60,919 nt of DNA from Methanomicrobiales archaeon (GTDB lineage: Archaea; Halobacteriota; Methanomicrobia; Methanomicrobiales; Methanospirillaceae). Below the pieces are notes generated by a model. That model had not been told where the DNA came from. It did not search any database and saw only the letters and a list, made by a program, of their open reading frames with translations. This document shows positions 38,539-47,931 of this stretch, in pieces; the stretch's first letter is position 1; the number at the start of each line of letters is the position of its first letter. Made by a program: the position numbers and the translations under genes. The stretch spans positions 1 through 60,919 of the forward strand of contig JBAXJR010000010.1 in assembly GCA_037137755.1 (NCBI GenBank), in the 5' to 3' direction.

Positions 38539-38660
38539 GGAGATCACCCGGACCGGCATAAATAGGATGATAACCTGCCAGTTACCAGACTAGTAGTGCT
38601 CCCCTGTTTCATTGCCGTGGTTGGTTTATGTGCAGCGGGGGCACTCATTTTTTGTATCAA

Positions 38661-38774
38661 TTACCTGTCCTCCTGAGTTGCCGGGAATCGGATTTCCGTT
38701 ATAATTTTACTGTCAGACCTGCCCTGGTTTGCAAGTGCATTACGCACAGACCTCTGGATTGTTGTTTGTTGCAT
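38661..38774 (-). CDS. Possible 37-aa leader ORF of the element's right operon
   Basis: MQQTTIQRSVRNALANQGRSDSKIITEIRFPATQEDR* with leader CAGGAGAAAGAAATG. Confidence 0.35.
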   Translation of the reverse strand: MQQTTIQRSVRNALANQGRSDSKIITEIRFPATQEDR

Positions 38775-38948
38775 TTCTTTCTCCTGGCGGAACCGGGATG
38801 ACCCGTCTGCCGCCACAACATGGATGGTTTATTACCAATCTAAAGGTTGAGCAGAGCGATTGAAAGTAAACGAACAATCAGCAATAGTAATATCATGGAT
38901 TGAATATGAGCTGTTAGTTAAGTACATTAAGGGAATACAGGGGTTATT

Positions 38949-40091
38949 TTGGTGGAAGAAGAGGTTCACGGCGGATTAACGTTTAACCTGTCCGAGCTTG
39001 CCGGGGCATTGGGAGATTTCGGGACGATTCTCCCCCTGATGTTTGCTGTTGCCCTTGTATGCCATCTCAACCTTGGGATTATTCTTCTCTTCTTCGGCAT
39101 CTGGTTCGTTGTTACCGGGCTCTACTACCGCCTGCCAATCCCCATCGAGCCGATGAAGGTTATCGCGGTTGTAGCGATTTCAAGCGTTCTCGCCGGGCCG
39201 GAAATTGCAGCCGCAGGTATCCTCCTCGGCCTCCTCTTTTTCTTCCTCGGTTTTGGCAAGTGGATGTATTATATTGGAAAATATATCCCGAACGCGGTAA
39301 TCAGGGGTATCCAGGTCGGACTGGCCCTGTTACTCCTTAAATCAGCCGGGGTCTTTATGTTCCAGGCCCCGGGATTTTTTGCCTTCGGGATTGCCGTTAT
39401 CGTACTCGTATTCCTGCTTTCTTACCTTGGAAAGATCCCGGACCTCTCTGCACTAATCCTTCTTGCGCTGGCGGTTATCATTGGGATCTTCATACACGGA
39501 TTTCCTGATATGTACATCATCAATATCCCGGGACTGGTAATCCCATCGTTCGCCGACTATATTGCATCGATCCCCGAACTTGTCCTTCCCCAGGCTGTGA
39601 TCACTATTACGAATGCGATCCTGGCCACTTCTCTTCTTACCAGGGACATGTTTTCCCGCGAAATACCCCCGGAAAGACTTTCAAAGACCATCGGCGTCAT
39701 GAATATTATTTCCGCCCCGTTCGGTGGATTTCCCATGTGTCACGGGGCAGGGGGCCTTGCGGCCCAGTACCGGTTCGGGGCAAGAACCGGCGGTTCGAAT
39801 ATTTTTGCAGGGGTGATCCTCCTCGTCATTGCAGTACTTTTCGCCGGCCCAGGGATACAGGAACTCATCTCTCCGGGAATCTTCGGTGCACTCCTCGTCT
39901 TTGTCGCTATCGAAATGGGAAAGCACGGGTTAAAAACCGACTCCCTGCCAGTCACTATCGTTACCGGCGTCCTGGCATTACTTTCAGTAGTAGGGGGATT
40001 CATTGCCGGGATGGTCCTCGCGTACCTGATGAAATGGAACACGGAGAGGAAACAAAAGGGGAAAGATGTCACACCACCCCTGACCCCATAA
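38949..40091 (+). CDS. MOT1-family molybdate (sulfate-like) transporter
   Basis: ELAGALGDFGT, PIPIEPMK and FGGFPMCHGAGGLAAQYRFGAR are MOT1 signatures. Confidence 0.9.
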   Translation: MVEEEVHGGLTFNLSELAGALGDFGTILPLMFAVALVCHLNLGIILLFFGIWFVVTGLYYRLPIPIEPMKVIAVVAISSVLAGPEIAAAGILLGLLFFFLGFGKWMYYIGKYIPNAVIRGIQVGLALLLLKSAGVFMFQAPGFFAFGIAVIVLVFLLSYLGKIPDLSALILLALAVIIGIFIHGFPDMYIINIPGLVIPSFADYIASIPELVLPQAVITITNAILATSLLTRDMFSREIPPERLSKTIGVMNIISAPFGGFPMCHGAGGLAAQYRFGARTGGSNIFAGVILLVIAVLFAGPGIQELISPGIFGALLVFVAIEMGKHGLKTDSLPVTIVTGVLALLSVVGGFIAGMVLAYLMKWNTERKQKGKDVTPPLTP

Positions 40092-40160
40092 CAAAAATTG
40101 TTCGCTTAACATTTTTATCTGGTTAAGTAGTAGTATAGAGGAAGAACCGGACGTGACAAG

Positions 40161-41036
40161 ATGGATAATGAGCTACCAATCCAATCATCCAGCGACAGGT
40201 ATTTTGATACGATCGACTGGATTAACGTCTGGAAGGAGAGGAAACTCCGGCAACTCGCGACACCTCACTACCAGAACAGTATCGATTTCTGGTCTGACGA
40301 AGAAAATGTCAGGCGCCTGTATCTCTACGACAAGAAAGGGAGAGCAACCCTTGTCATGGAGCAACTGGGTGGCATAAAGATCTACCCGGGTGCAAAAGTC
40401 CTTGATATCGGTGCCGGGCCGGGTACTCTTGCGGTACCGCTCGCACGAAGGGGCTGCAAGGTCACGGTGGTTGAGCCTTCACCAACGATGGTGTCTGCAC
40501 TCAGGGATTACCAGGTCTCAGAGAAGGTGGAGGACATCCGCATTATTGAGAAAAAATGGGAAGATGTAACGATCGAAGAGCTGGGGGGCCCGTTTGATAG
40601 TGTCATTGCGTCATATTCGCTCTCGATGGTGGATATCGAAGAGGCAGTCCTTAAAATGGATAGCGTTTGTTCGGGTACAGTCTACCTTTTCTGGTTCTTG
40701 AAACCGTCACCATCTTCGGAGATCCTCCATTATCTCTGGCCAAAAGTCCATGGCGTCCCGTACTATTACGAGCCGAAGGCAGACTGTCTTTTTATGGCCC
40801 TACTCCAGATAGGGATATACCCGAATTTTGAAGTCTTAAAATCTGATCACCGGCATCGCTACCTGACGATCGGGGACGCAACTGCAGATTTTCACCGGCG
40901 GATGGACTGCACTGACGAACGCCAGGACAGAATTATCAGGGACTATCTCCGCACAAAGTTATCCATGATCGGAAGCGAATTTCAGCTCAGGGGTTCATCG
41001 TACGGGGCAAAGATCTGGTGGACAACAGACCATTAA
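40161..41036 (+). CDS. Class I SAM-dependent methyltransferase
   Basis: VLDIGAGPGTLAVPLA, VEPS and FDSVIAS. Confidence 0.9.
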   Translation: MDNELPIQSSSDRYFDTIDWINVWKERKLRQLATPHYQNSIDFWSDEENVRRLYLYDKKGRATLVMEQLGGIKIYPGAKVLDIGAGPGTLAVPLARRGCKVTVVEPSPTMVSALRDYQVSEKVEDIRIIEKKWEDVTIEELGGPFDSVIASYSLSMVDIEEAVLKMDSVCSGTVYLFWFLKPSPSSEILHYLWPKVHGVPYYYEPKADCLFMALLQIGIYPNFEVLKSDHRHRYLTIGDATADFHRRMDCTDERQDRIIRDYLRTKLSMIGSEFQLRGSSYGAKIWWTTDH

Positions 41037-41188
41037 TCACCGGAATGTCCTTTGCATCCAGGTCAGGAGACCGGGAATGTTCTTTCAAAACGGAATTCCA
41101 AAACTAAAACCCCGACTTCCAGATGGCAAAAAAACCGGAAATCATCTCGTTGGAGGATTGGAATCTACATAACACGTGATTTTTCTGA

Positions 41189-41692
41189 TTGACCATGAAA
41201 CAAACATTGAAACCGGAATCACTCACAATTATCGGCACAATCAGTTCACCATGGAAATCAGCTGAAGGTATGCCTATTCAGCCCACTGGAGCGACGGGCG
41301 TTAAGGGCCGTGTTGATATCTACGAAGAATACCGCCCAGGGCTCCAGGACCTTGCAGGGTTCTCACGCATCATTCTGATCTACCAGTTTCACCAGTCAAC
41401 CGGGTACGACCTGATGGTAACCCCGTTTCTTGATACCAGGCCCCACGGGGTATTTGCAACACGGGCTCCAAGACGTCCCAGCCAAATCGGGTTATCCGTG
41501 GTGAGGCTGCTCAGTGTTGATGAATCAGGGATAGAAATCGCAGACATTGACATCCTGGACGGGACTCCCGTCCTGGATATAAAACCATATATCCCGGAAA
41601 TTGATTCATACCCTGGTGAAAAAACAGGCTGGCTTCCGGAAACAGGTGGCATGGCTACGTCCCGGGCAGATCGCAGGTTTGCGGACCGTTGA
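41189..41692 (+). CDS. TrmO/TsaA-family SAM-binding protein
   Basis: IGTISSP, PIQP, YQFH, GVFATRAPRRP.QIGLS and DGTPVLDIKPY. Confidence 0.92.
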   Translation: MTMKQTLKPESLTIIGTISSPWKSAEGMPIQPTGATGVKGRVDIYEEYRPGLQDLAGFSRIILIYQFHQSTGYDLMVTPFLDTRPHGVFATRAPRRPSQIGLSVVRLLSVDESGIEIADIDILDGTPVLDIKPYIPEIDSYPGEKTGWLPETGGMATSRADRRFADR

Positions 41693-42063
41693 TAAAAAGG
41701 ACGCAATTGTTCTGTTAAGTCTTGTGGAGACCCGGCCAGGGATCCAGGGTTTCATCTTCCGGTATACCTGGCCTGAACCTTCCAAAACGTTATCAAAACT
41801 TAACAATTTCTTATTAAAACGATATTCCGGAAAAATCCATTGCGGATTTCTCCGGGAACCGAAAATACGAGCTGGAACGGGGATTAAGAAGATCACTGGC
41901 GGCCCTGGCTGTAGTGCCTGCCGGACCATGCTGACTGGATTACCCTGTGCCGCAAAAACCCCCCCGATGCGGCATAGTACTGTTACGACGGTTATGATAA
42001 AAATGTTTCTTATTGAATAATGTTAACTAATATTAATTAATATGAGGAGAGGACCAGGATGGA

Positions 42064-42873
42064 TCATTCGGCATGTATCACGGTCCCCACCTTTTCACCC
42101 TTCAGGAGCTTCGGAAGATTCCCGGGAACATGCCCGTTGATGATATGCACTTCTCTGACGTTCCTTGCATCAGGGAGAAGACTTACAATCATGGGTTCAA
42201 GGACCATGTCATCAAGGTCCATGGCAAGGAGTTCTTTTGCAGTAATATCGGCAATAAATTCTGCATCCGGGTTTTTGTTAGGATCCTCATTGTACAGGCC
42301 GTTTACATTCTTCAGTAAGATACAGCGTTTTGCACCCACGACTTCGGCAGCGAGGAACGCACCGGTATCAGTCCTGTGGGGTGGAATTGCTCCATGTTCA
42401 CCCGGGTGCTCGTATAACCCGTAGGGGGGGGTCCCGTGCATCACCGGTAATGCCCCAAGGAAGATCTGCGTCGGTAATTCGAGGAGGTCGCCTGTGTGGA
42501 TACGGACACCATGCCAGGGGGCCAGCAGGATCGAGACCATGATCGCGTTCTGTTCGGATATTTTACCCGCAAGTTCGGCGAGCACGCCGGTTGGCATCCC
42601 GAGGTCAAGACCGATATCCAGGATATGACGCGCCCTGACACCCCCGCCGGTGACAACCAGCATCTGGTTGTCCTTCGAAAGTCCCCCGATCTCATGTACC
42701 AGGGGAAGAAGGACCTCCCGGCCATAGTCGATGATACCATGCCCGCCAATTTTAACGACGTTGAGTTCAGGCATTAACCGAAGCCTCGGGCGGTCACGGT
42801 ACGCGGCCAGAAGGCTTCTTCTCGAGAGGGTCTCCCCTTCTAATTTATTGACAAGTTCAAATCTCCGGTGCAT
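42064..42873 (-). CDS. Molybdenum storage protein (MosA/B)-like amino-acid-kinase-fold protein
   Basis: VVKIGGHGIIDYG, TGGGVRARH..IGLDLGMPTGVLAELA..EQNA and IPPHRTDTGAFL match Azotobacter MosB-type motifs rather than the PyrH KLSGE motif. Confidence 0.8.
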   Translation of the reverse strand: MHRRFELVNKLEGETLSRRSLLAAYRDRPRLRLMPELNVVKIGGHGIIDYGREVLLPLVHEIGGLSKDNQMLVVTGGGVRARHILDIGLDLGMPTGVLAELAGKISEQNAIMVSILLAPWHGVRIHTGDLLELPTQIFLGALPVMHGTPPYGLYEHPGEHGAIPPHRTDTGAFLAAEVVGAKRCILLKNVNGLYNEDPNKNPDAEFIADITAKELLAMDLDDMVLEPMIVSLLPDARNVREVHIINGHVPGNLPKLLKGEKVGTVIHAE

Positions 42874-42952
42874 AGAATCACGATATGTTTATATGCTCAT
42901 GTAGTTAATAGTGTGAGTGATAAACCAGTTGGTATATCAGCAGGTGCAGAAC

Positions 42953-43165
42953 ATGTTAAAAATATATGTCAGGGAACGCCAGAAGGTTGGCGAAGGTGTA
43001 AAGCAGCCGAAATACCGGATTGTTGCGGTTACAGGTGGACAACTACAGATAGAGGCAACCCACTTCCGAAAGGTCGAGATCGAGCAGATTGCAACGGATA
43101 TGGGGGCCCAGGTCGTCTACATGGAACCGGTACCCGAAGAAGAGAAGCACAAATTCCAACACTAA
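42953..43165 (+). CDS. Small hypothetical protein
   Basis: 70 aa from ATG 42953 with an AGGTG RBS. Divergent from the mos-like gene. Confidence 0.65.
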   Translation: MLKIYVRERQKVGEGVKQPKYRIVAVTGGQLQIEATHFRKVEIEQIATDMGAQVVYMEPVPEEEKHKFQH

Positions 43166-43333
43166 TACTTTTTTCATCGCCGAAAACGCAATTGGCGCAG
43201 AACAGTGCCTGGTCAAGTACTGGTATTCTACATCGCCCGGCCCCTTTCGACCATGTCGTCATGGAGGTTCATGAGTCACATCCGGATATGCAAGTCTTAA
43301 TGGCAGGTAATCAGAATATATGATCAGAATACC

Positions 43334-43696
43334 ATGGCACAGGCGCTTTCTATCGAAATTCTTTTTGACGCGGCCATACGGATCCAGGTACTCCACGACC
43401 GGAATATTTCGATCTCGTTCTCGGAACTGCAAATCCAGGTCAAATTCCCGACCACACGGAGACTTGCCGAGTTCCTTGAAGTGCCACACTACTATGTCTT
43501 ACCATACTTTGCCATGATGGAACAGGAAGAGCTGGTCACACGGGCAGAACGGGTAGGGATTCTCACTACCATGAAAGGGACAAAAATTCTTGTCGGGCTT
43601 ATGACGACACATTATCGGCCGGAGGCTGAGAAAATCCTCGGACCTGAATTGTTCAATGATATTATCAATGCATTATCCCGCTACGGGGATCCATAG
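43334..43696 (+). CDS. GntR-like winged-helix protein without a recognisable effector domain
   Basis: FPTTRRLAEFLEV...MEQEELVTRAERVG resembles GntR LPS.R.LA..L.V...LE.EG.+.....G. Confidence 0.65.
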   Translation: MAQALSIEILFDAAIRIQVLHDRNISISFSELQIQVKFPTTRRLAEFLEVPHYYVLPYFAMMEQEELVTRAERVGILTTMKGTKILVGLMTTHYRPEAEKILGPELFNDIINALSRYGDP

Positions 43697-43868
43697 ATAC
43701 CCAAAAGCTCTGCAATCCCGAATTGTCAATACAGTTTAATGTACATCTCCGGAATTTACCAGAATATTCATTACAATCCAGAACAAATGCCAGATAGCAG
43801 GAATTGAGTATTTTTATTATTCCGGGTAATTCTCACGCATCATATCCGGACCAGGAGGGGTAATTGGC

Positions 43869-44564
43869 ATGAACGATATTATTGATGGATTTACCCAGGC
43901 AATCCAGCTGATCGTCACCATGAACCCCGAGGTAATGGAGATCGCGATGAGGACCCTCATGATATCCCTCACCGCCACGCTCCTTGCGTCGCTGGTTGCG
44001 ATCCCACTCGGGTGGTGGATCCATTTTCATGAATTTTCAGGCAAGCGCGTGGTCATCAACCTCATCCAGACCCTGTATGCCGTACCCACCGTGCTCGTGG
44101 GTCTCTTTGTCTACCTGCTTATCTCAAGTTCAGGCCCGCTTGGTATGCTCGGGCTCCTCTTCACGCCTGCAGGGATGATAATAGCCCAGATGCTCCTCGT
44201 CATCCCGATGATGATCGGTCTTACCATTACCGCGTTTTCCGGTGTCGACCGGACCGTTGTAGATACCATCACGTCACTTGGCGCAACCGGGTACCAGTCC
44301 ATGATTGCGATCATCAAGGAGGTCCGGTTTGCCGTTTTTGCAGCAGTCATCCTCGGGTTCGGACGGGCAATATCCGAAGTCGGGGCAGCAATGATGATAG
44401 GTGGCAATATCAGGGGATACACCCGCGTGCTTACGACCAGCATCGCTCTTGAGACCTCGATGGGCAACCTCCCACTCTCAATCGCACTCGGCCTCATTCT
44501 CCTCTTTATAGCCCTCGTCATCACGGTGATGTTAAACGTCGTCCAGCAGAGGAGCAGGACATGA
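43869..44564 (+). CDS. tupB: Tungstate ABC transporter permease
   Basis: VPTVLVGL..YLLIS.SGPLG and FGRAISEVGAAMMIGGNI...TRVLTT.IALET. Confidence 0.9.
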   Translation: MNDIIDGFTQAIQLIVTMNPEVMEIAMRTLMISLTATLLASLVAIPLGWWIHFHEFSGKRVVINLIQTLYAVPTVLVGLFVYLLISSSGPLGMLGLLFTPAGMIIAQMLLVIPMMIGLTITAFSGVDRTVVDTITSLGATGYQSMIAIIKEVRFAVFAAVILGFGRAISEVGAAMMIGGNIRGYTRVLTTSIALETSMGNLPLSIALGLILLFIALVITVMLNVVQQRSRT

Positions 44565-45643
44565 TCGAGATCACCGGGCTTTGCAGACAGGTCGGCGAGC
44601 GGGTACTGGTAAAGAACATCAATGTCACCATCCCCGACGGGATGATATTCGGGATCATCGGGCCGAGCGGGTCCGGGAAGACCACGCTGATGAGAATGAT
44701 CGACCTGTTGGATAATCCCACAAGTGGGACGATCGTAATCAACGGTACGACAGCAACCAGGGACAAGAAACAACAGCTTGAACTCAGGCGGAAGATGGGG
44801 ATGGTCTTCCAGAAACCGATAGTCCTCTCCACCACGGTATTTGAGAATGTCTCGTACGGGCTCCGGTTCCGGGGGGTAAAAGGGGACGAACTGAAGTCAA
44901 GGGTATATGAAGCGATTGACCTGGTCGGTTTGTCCGGCTACGAGGACCGTTATGCTCCAACCCTTTCCGGTGGGGAGATGCAACGGGTCGCAATTGCGCG
45001 GTCCATGGTCACCCGCCCGGAGGTGCTCCTCCTTGACGAACCGACTGCAAACCTTGACCCGGCCTCGACCGAAAAGATCGAGGAGCTGATCAAGGCGATC
45101 AATTCCCGGTTTGGGACCACGATCATTATCTCGACCCATGACCTTGACCAGGGCCAGCATATCGCCCACCGGATTGCCGTGGTAATTGGTGGCATGATCA
45201 CCCAGGCAGGGTCCCCGGAGGAGGTCTTTCACAAGCCGTTGAACAGCGAGATCGCGAAGTTTGTCGGTCTTGAAAATGTTATCGGGGGGGTGGTAACAAA
45301 AACCGAGGACGGTCTGGCAGCAATTTCCATTCACGGGACTGATGTCGAGGCTGTGACAAAAGAGGAGGTTGGAAAGCGGGTGTTTATCAGTATTCATCCG
45401 GATGACATCACGCTTCACAGCAGCCAGGGTATTGAGAAAAATACAACCAGTGCCAGGAACTGTATGATGGGGACGGTCACCGTTACCACGCTGAGCGGAC
45501 CTTTTGTCCTCGTTACCCTGGACTGCGGGTTCCCGCTGAAGGTCATCGTCACCAGGAGGTCGGTGGAAGACCTCAGGATCCAGCCAGGAAAGGAGATGCA
45601 GGCCTGTTTCAAGGCGTCAGCCGTGCATGTAATGAAAAGTTGA
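44561..45643 (+). CDS. tupC: Tungstate ABC transporter ATPase with TOBE domain
   Basis: GPSGSGKT, LSGGE, LLDEPTANLD and C-terminal SARN...FKASAV TOBE. Confidence 0.88.
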   Translation: MIEITGLCRQVGERVLVKNINVTIPDGMIFGIIGPSGSGKTTLMRMIDLLDNPTSGTIVINGTTATRDKKQQLELRRKMGMVFQKPIVLSTTVFENVSYGLRFRGVKGDELKSRVYEAIDLVGLSGYEDRYAPTLSGGEMQRVAIARSMVTRPEVLLLDEPTANLDPASTEKIEELIKAINSRFGTTIIISTHDLDQGQHIAHRIAVVIGGMITQAGSPEEVFHKPLNSEIAKFVGLENVIGGVVTKTEDGLAAISIHGTDVEAVTKEEVGKRVFISIHPDDITLHSSQGIEKNTTSARNCMMGTVTVTTLSGPFVLVTLDCGFPLKVIVTRRSVEDLRIQPGKEMQACFKASAVHVMKS

Positions 45644-45740
45644 TGCAATTTCCTGTTTCCACCCCCGTTTCACGCGGCCCCAACCCTTCCCTGCACCAAT
45701 CAAATCCTATTAATGGGGCTGGCAACGAAGATTATCCAGT

Positions 45741-46529
45741 ATGCGGTGTATCACTCTCGCGAGCGGCAGCAAGGGCAATTGTACGTACATCGAAGGTGAG
45801 AGCGGCGCCATTCTCATCGATGCAGGACTTTCAATAAAAGAAACACTCCGGAGGCTCACCGAAGCCGGTGGGAGCCAGGACCTGATCAGGGCAATCCTCG
45901 TCACCCACGAACACGGCGACCATATGAAAGGGCTTTCCCCGCTTGCGAGGAGACTGGATGTGCCGGTGTATGCAACCGAAGGGACGCTCTACTCGTTTCT
46001 GACGAGTAAAATCCCGGAGAGGAAACCGGTTCGTTACACCACGGTCAGTTATAGTTCACCTTTTTCCTTGGACGAATTTACCATCGAGGCATTCCCGACA
46101 TCCCACGATGCCCGGGAGCCGTGTGGTTACCTGGTCACTTCCGGGGATGCCAGGCTCGGGTACTGCACCGATACCGGGATCATCACGGACAGGATGATGG
46201 GATACCTGAAACGTTCGGATGCAATCGTTCTCGAGAGCAACCACTGCCCTGAAATGCTCCGCACCGGGCCCTACCCGGAAATGCTGAAACGGAGGATCCG
46301 GTCGAAAAACGGCCACCTTTCGAATGCCCAGGCATCAGAATGTATCCAGGCACTTGGACAGGACGTAACCCACATCCGGCTTGCCCATTTAAGCGAGGTC
46401 AATAATACACCAGATATTGCCTTAAAAAGCGGGAAAACAGGCCTTGGATTATTCATCAGCGATACCAGGCTTACCGTGGCGTCAGAGGTCGGGCCTTCCC
46501 CCTGCTGGGGGGACGAAATAACACTCTGA
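45741..46529 (+). CDS. Metallo-beta-lactamase-fold hydrolase (YycJ/WalJ-like)
   Basis: LASGSKGN, THEHGDH, SHDA, TDTG, ESNH, GHLSN and HLSE.NN. Confidence 0.9.
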   Translation: MRCITLASGSKGNCTYIEGESGAILIDAGLSIKETLRRLTEAGGSQDLIRAILVTHEHGDHMKGLSPLARRLDVPVYATEGTLYSFLTSKIPERKPVRYTTVSYSSPFSLDEFTIEAFPTSHDAREPCGYLVTSGDARLGYCTDTGIITDRMMGYLKRSDAIVLESNHCPEMLRTGPYPEMLKRRIRSKNGHLSNAQASECIQALGQDVTHIRLAHLSEVNNTPDIALKSGKTGLGLFISDTRLTVASEVGPSPCWGDEITL

Positions 46530-46578
46530 TAATCAGATCCGACTGCCTGGATACCAATAACCGGGTGATGCGGGATTT

Positions 46579-47775
46579 TCAATCAGTTTTCATCTTCAGA
46601 ATTTTCATGAAGTAGAGGTCAAGAGAATCAAGGAGAGCTTTTCTTGCAGCCTTTGCACGTTTTTCTTCGCCTGAAAAGGCATCTTCCGTGGCATATTCTA
46701 TCAGGATGAGGTAATGGCTTTTCGGGAGGGCCCGGTTCCTGATCTCCTCAAGACATGCATAGGTCTCGTTCTTTTTTCCAGCGACGAGTTCAAATTCAAA
46801 ATCAAGAAGTGCGAGAACATTGGGGGGCATTTTTTTCCCGGCAGCAATCTTCCGGAAACTGCTGTACGCAGAGTTCTGCGAGGAGATTATCGAGAGCTGC
46901 ATCCCGTAATAGACAGGTTCCAGTTCATCCGGGTGCTGCTGCATCATCTGCCTTACTACCGCCGTGGCACCACTTGCATCACGGATCTCAATTTTATAGT
47001 GATACAGGTCACGGAGGAAGAACATATCACTGAAGTACCGTTCTGATGCGATCTTCAGGAGTTCCCCCCTCATATCTCTGTTGCCATCTTTCCTGGCCTT
47101 ATCAAGGCCGATTTTTAAGAACTCCACCTCCGTGGGGAACCAGTCTACTGAAAGCCGGAGCATGTACCAGAAAATTTTGTTGATTTTCAGCTCCTGGAGC
47201 ACGTGGGGGAATTTCAGCCGGTTCACCGGGGGACGGAGACGTACCATCTCGATCATCTGTTCCCTTGCAGCGAGTGCTTTTTCACTGGGCCGCCGGTTGT
47301 GGGCTGGTACACCTTCTTCTTTGAGGTGCTCTTCAGAGAGGGCGTAATAACAGTAGGAGATCGCGGTACAGATGATCGCGTCGGTTGTCCGGTACTTGGT
47401 AAGGACCTCCGCAGCCTGGTTATACTTTCCAAGATCGATCAATTTGAAACCAAGAATGATATCAAAAATCATCCGGCCGGTCTGCCGTTTCCTCATCCGG
47501 ACTGCGTGGGAAAAAAGACGCTCGACATACTCGATCTCACCCGAACGCTTACTCACTTCCAGCACTTTCATCGTTACATCATCGATCAGGCGGTCGTGTG
47601 CTTCGTCGCTGATACCCCTGAACGAATTCTCTATGATCGACATGACGTGCCCGTAAAAAACCGGGAGGTTCGAATCTATCTTGTCGGCATTCTTCTCGAC
47701 ATATTCAGATAATTCCTTCTTGACCTGGGCAATTCTGACGTCGAGAACCGCATCAGGCTGCCACTCTTCTTCCAT
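46579..47775 (-). CDS. Hypothetical helical-repeat (TPR-like) protein
   Basis: 398-aa all-alpha-looking ORF with TPR-like segments. Confidence 0.7.
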   Translation of the reverse strand: MEEEWQPDAVLDVRIAQVKKELSEYVEKNADKIDSNLPVFYGHVMSIIENSFRGISDEAHDRLIDDVTMKVLEVSKRSGEIEYVERLFSHAVRMRKRQTGRMIFDIILGFKLIDLGKYNQAAEVLTKYRTTDAIICTAISYCYYALSEEHLKEEGVPAHNRRPSEKALAAREQMIEMVRLRPPVNRLKFPHVLQELKINKIFWYMLRLSVDWFPTEVEFLKIGLDKARKDGNRDMRGELLKIASERYFSDMFFLRDLYHYKIEIRDASGATAVVRQMMQQHPDELEPVYYGMQLSIISSQNSAYSSFRKIAAGKKMPPNVLALLDFEFELVAGKKNETYACLEEIRNRALPKSHYLILIEYATEDAFSGEEKRAKAARKALLDSLDLYFMKILKMKTD

Positions 47776-47931
47776 AGGGTACCTTTTAACATTTCAGACT
47801 ATAATAATTTTTAGAAGAGGGCCGGGATTTAACAAACAGGCAGAGATTGCACCATATTATTCCACCACGGAACGGTGGGAACTCTTATCCGGGACAAGCG
47901 ACAATTATTTGTCAGACAAACGGGTCTTTCC

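Larger units (their letters stand above)
27200..38800. mobile_element. Putative integrated plasmid/provirus-like element (boundaries approximate, no integrase seen)
   Basis: Primase-helicase, Hjc-like and Orc1/Cdc6 genes plus overlapping hypothetical operons. It splits a Mo/W gene island, and the replication arm is visibly GC-richer. Confidence 0.7.

Noticed and set aside
26920-38950. attL/attR direct repeats, integrase or tRNA target for the element
   Set aside because: None found by eye at either boundary. Short att cores could have been missed.
42064-42873. Annotation as uridylate kinase pyrH
   Set aside because: The motifs and context fit Mo-storage proteins better.
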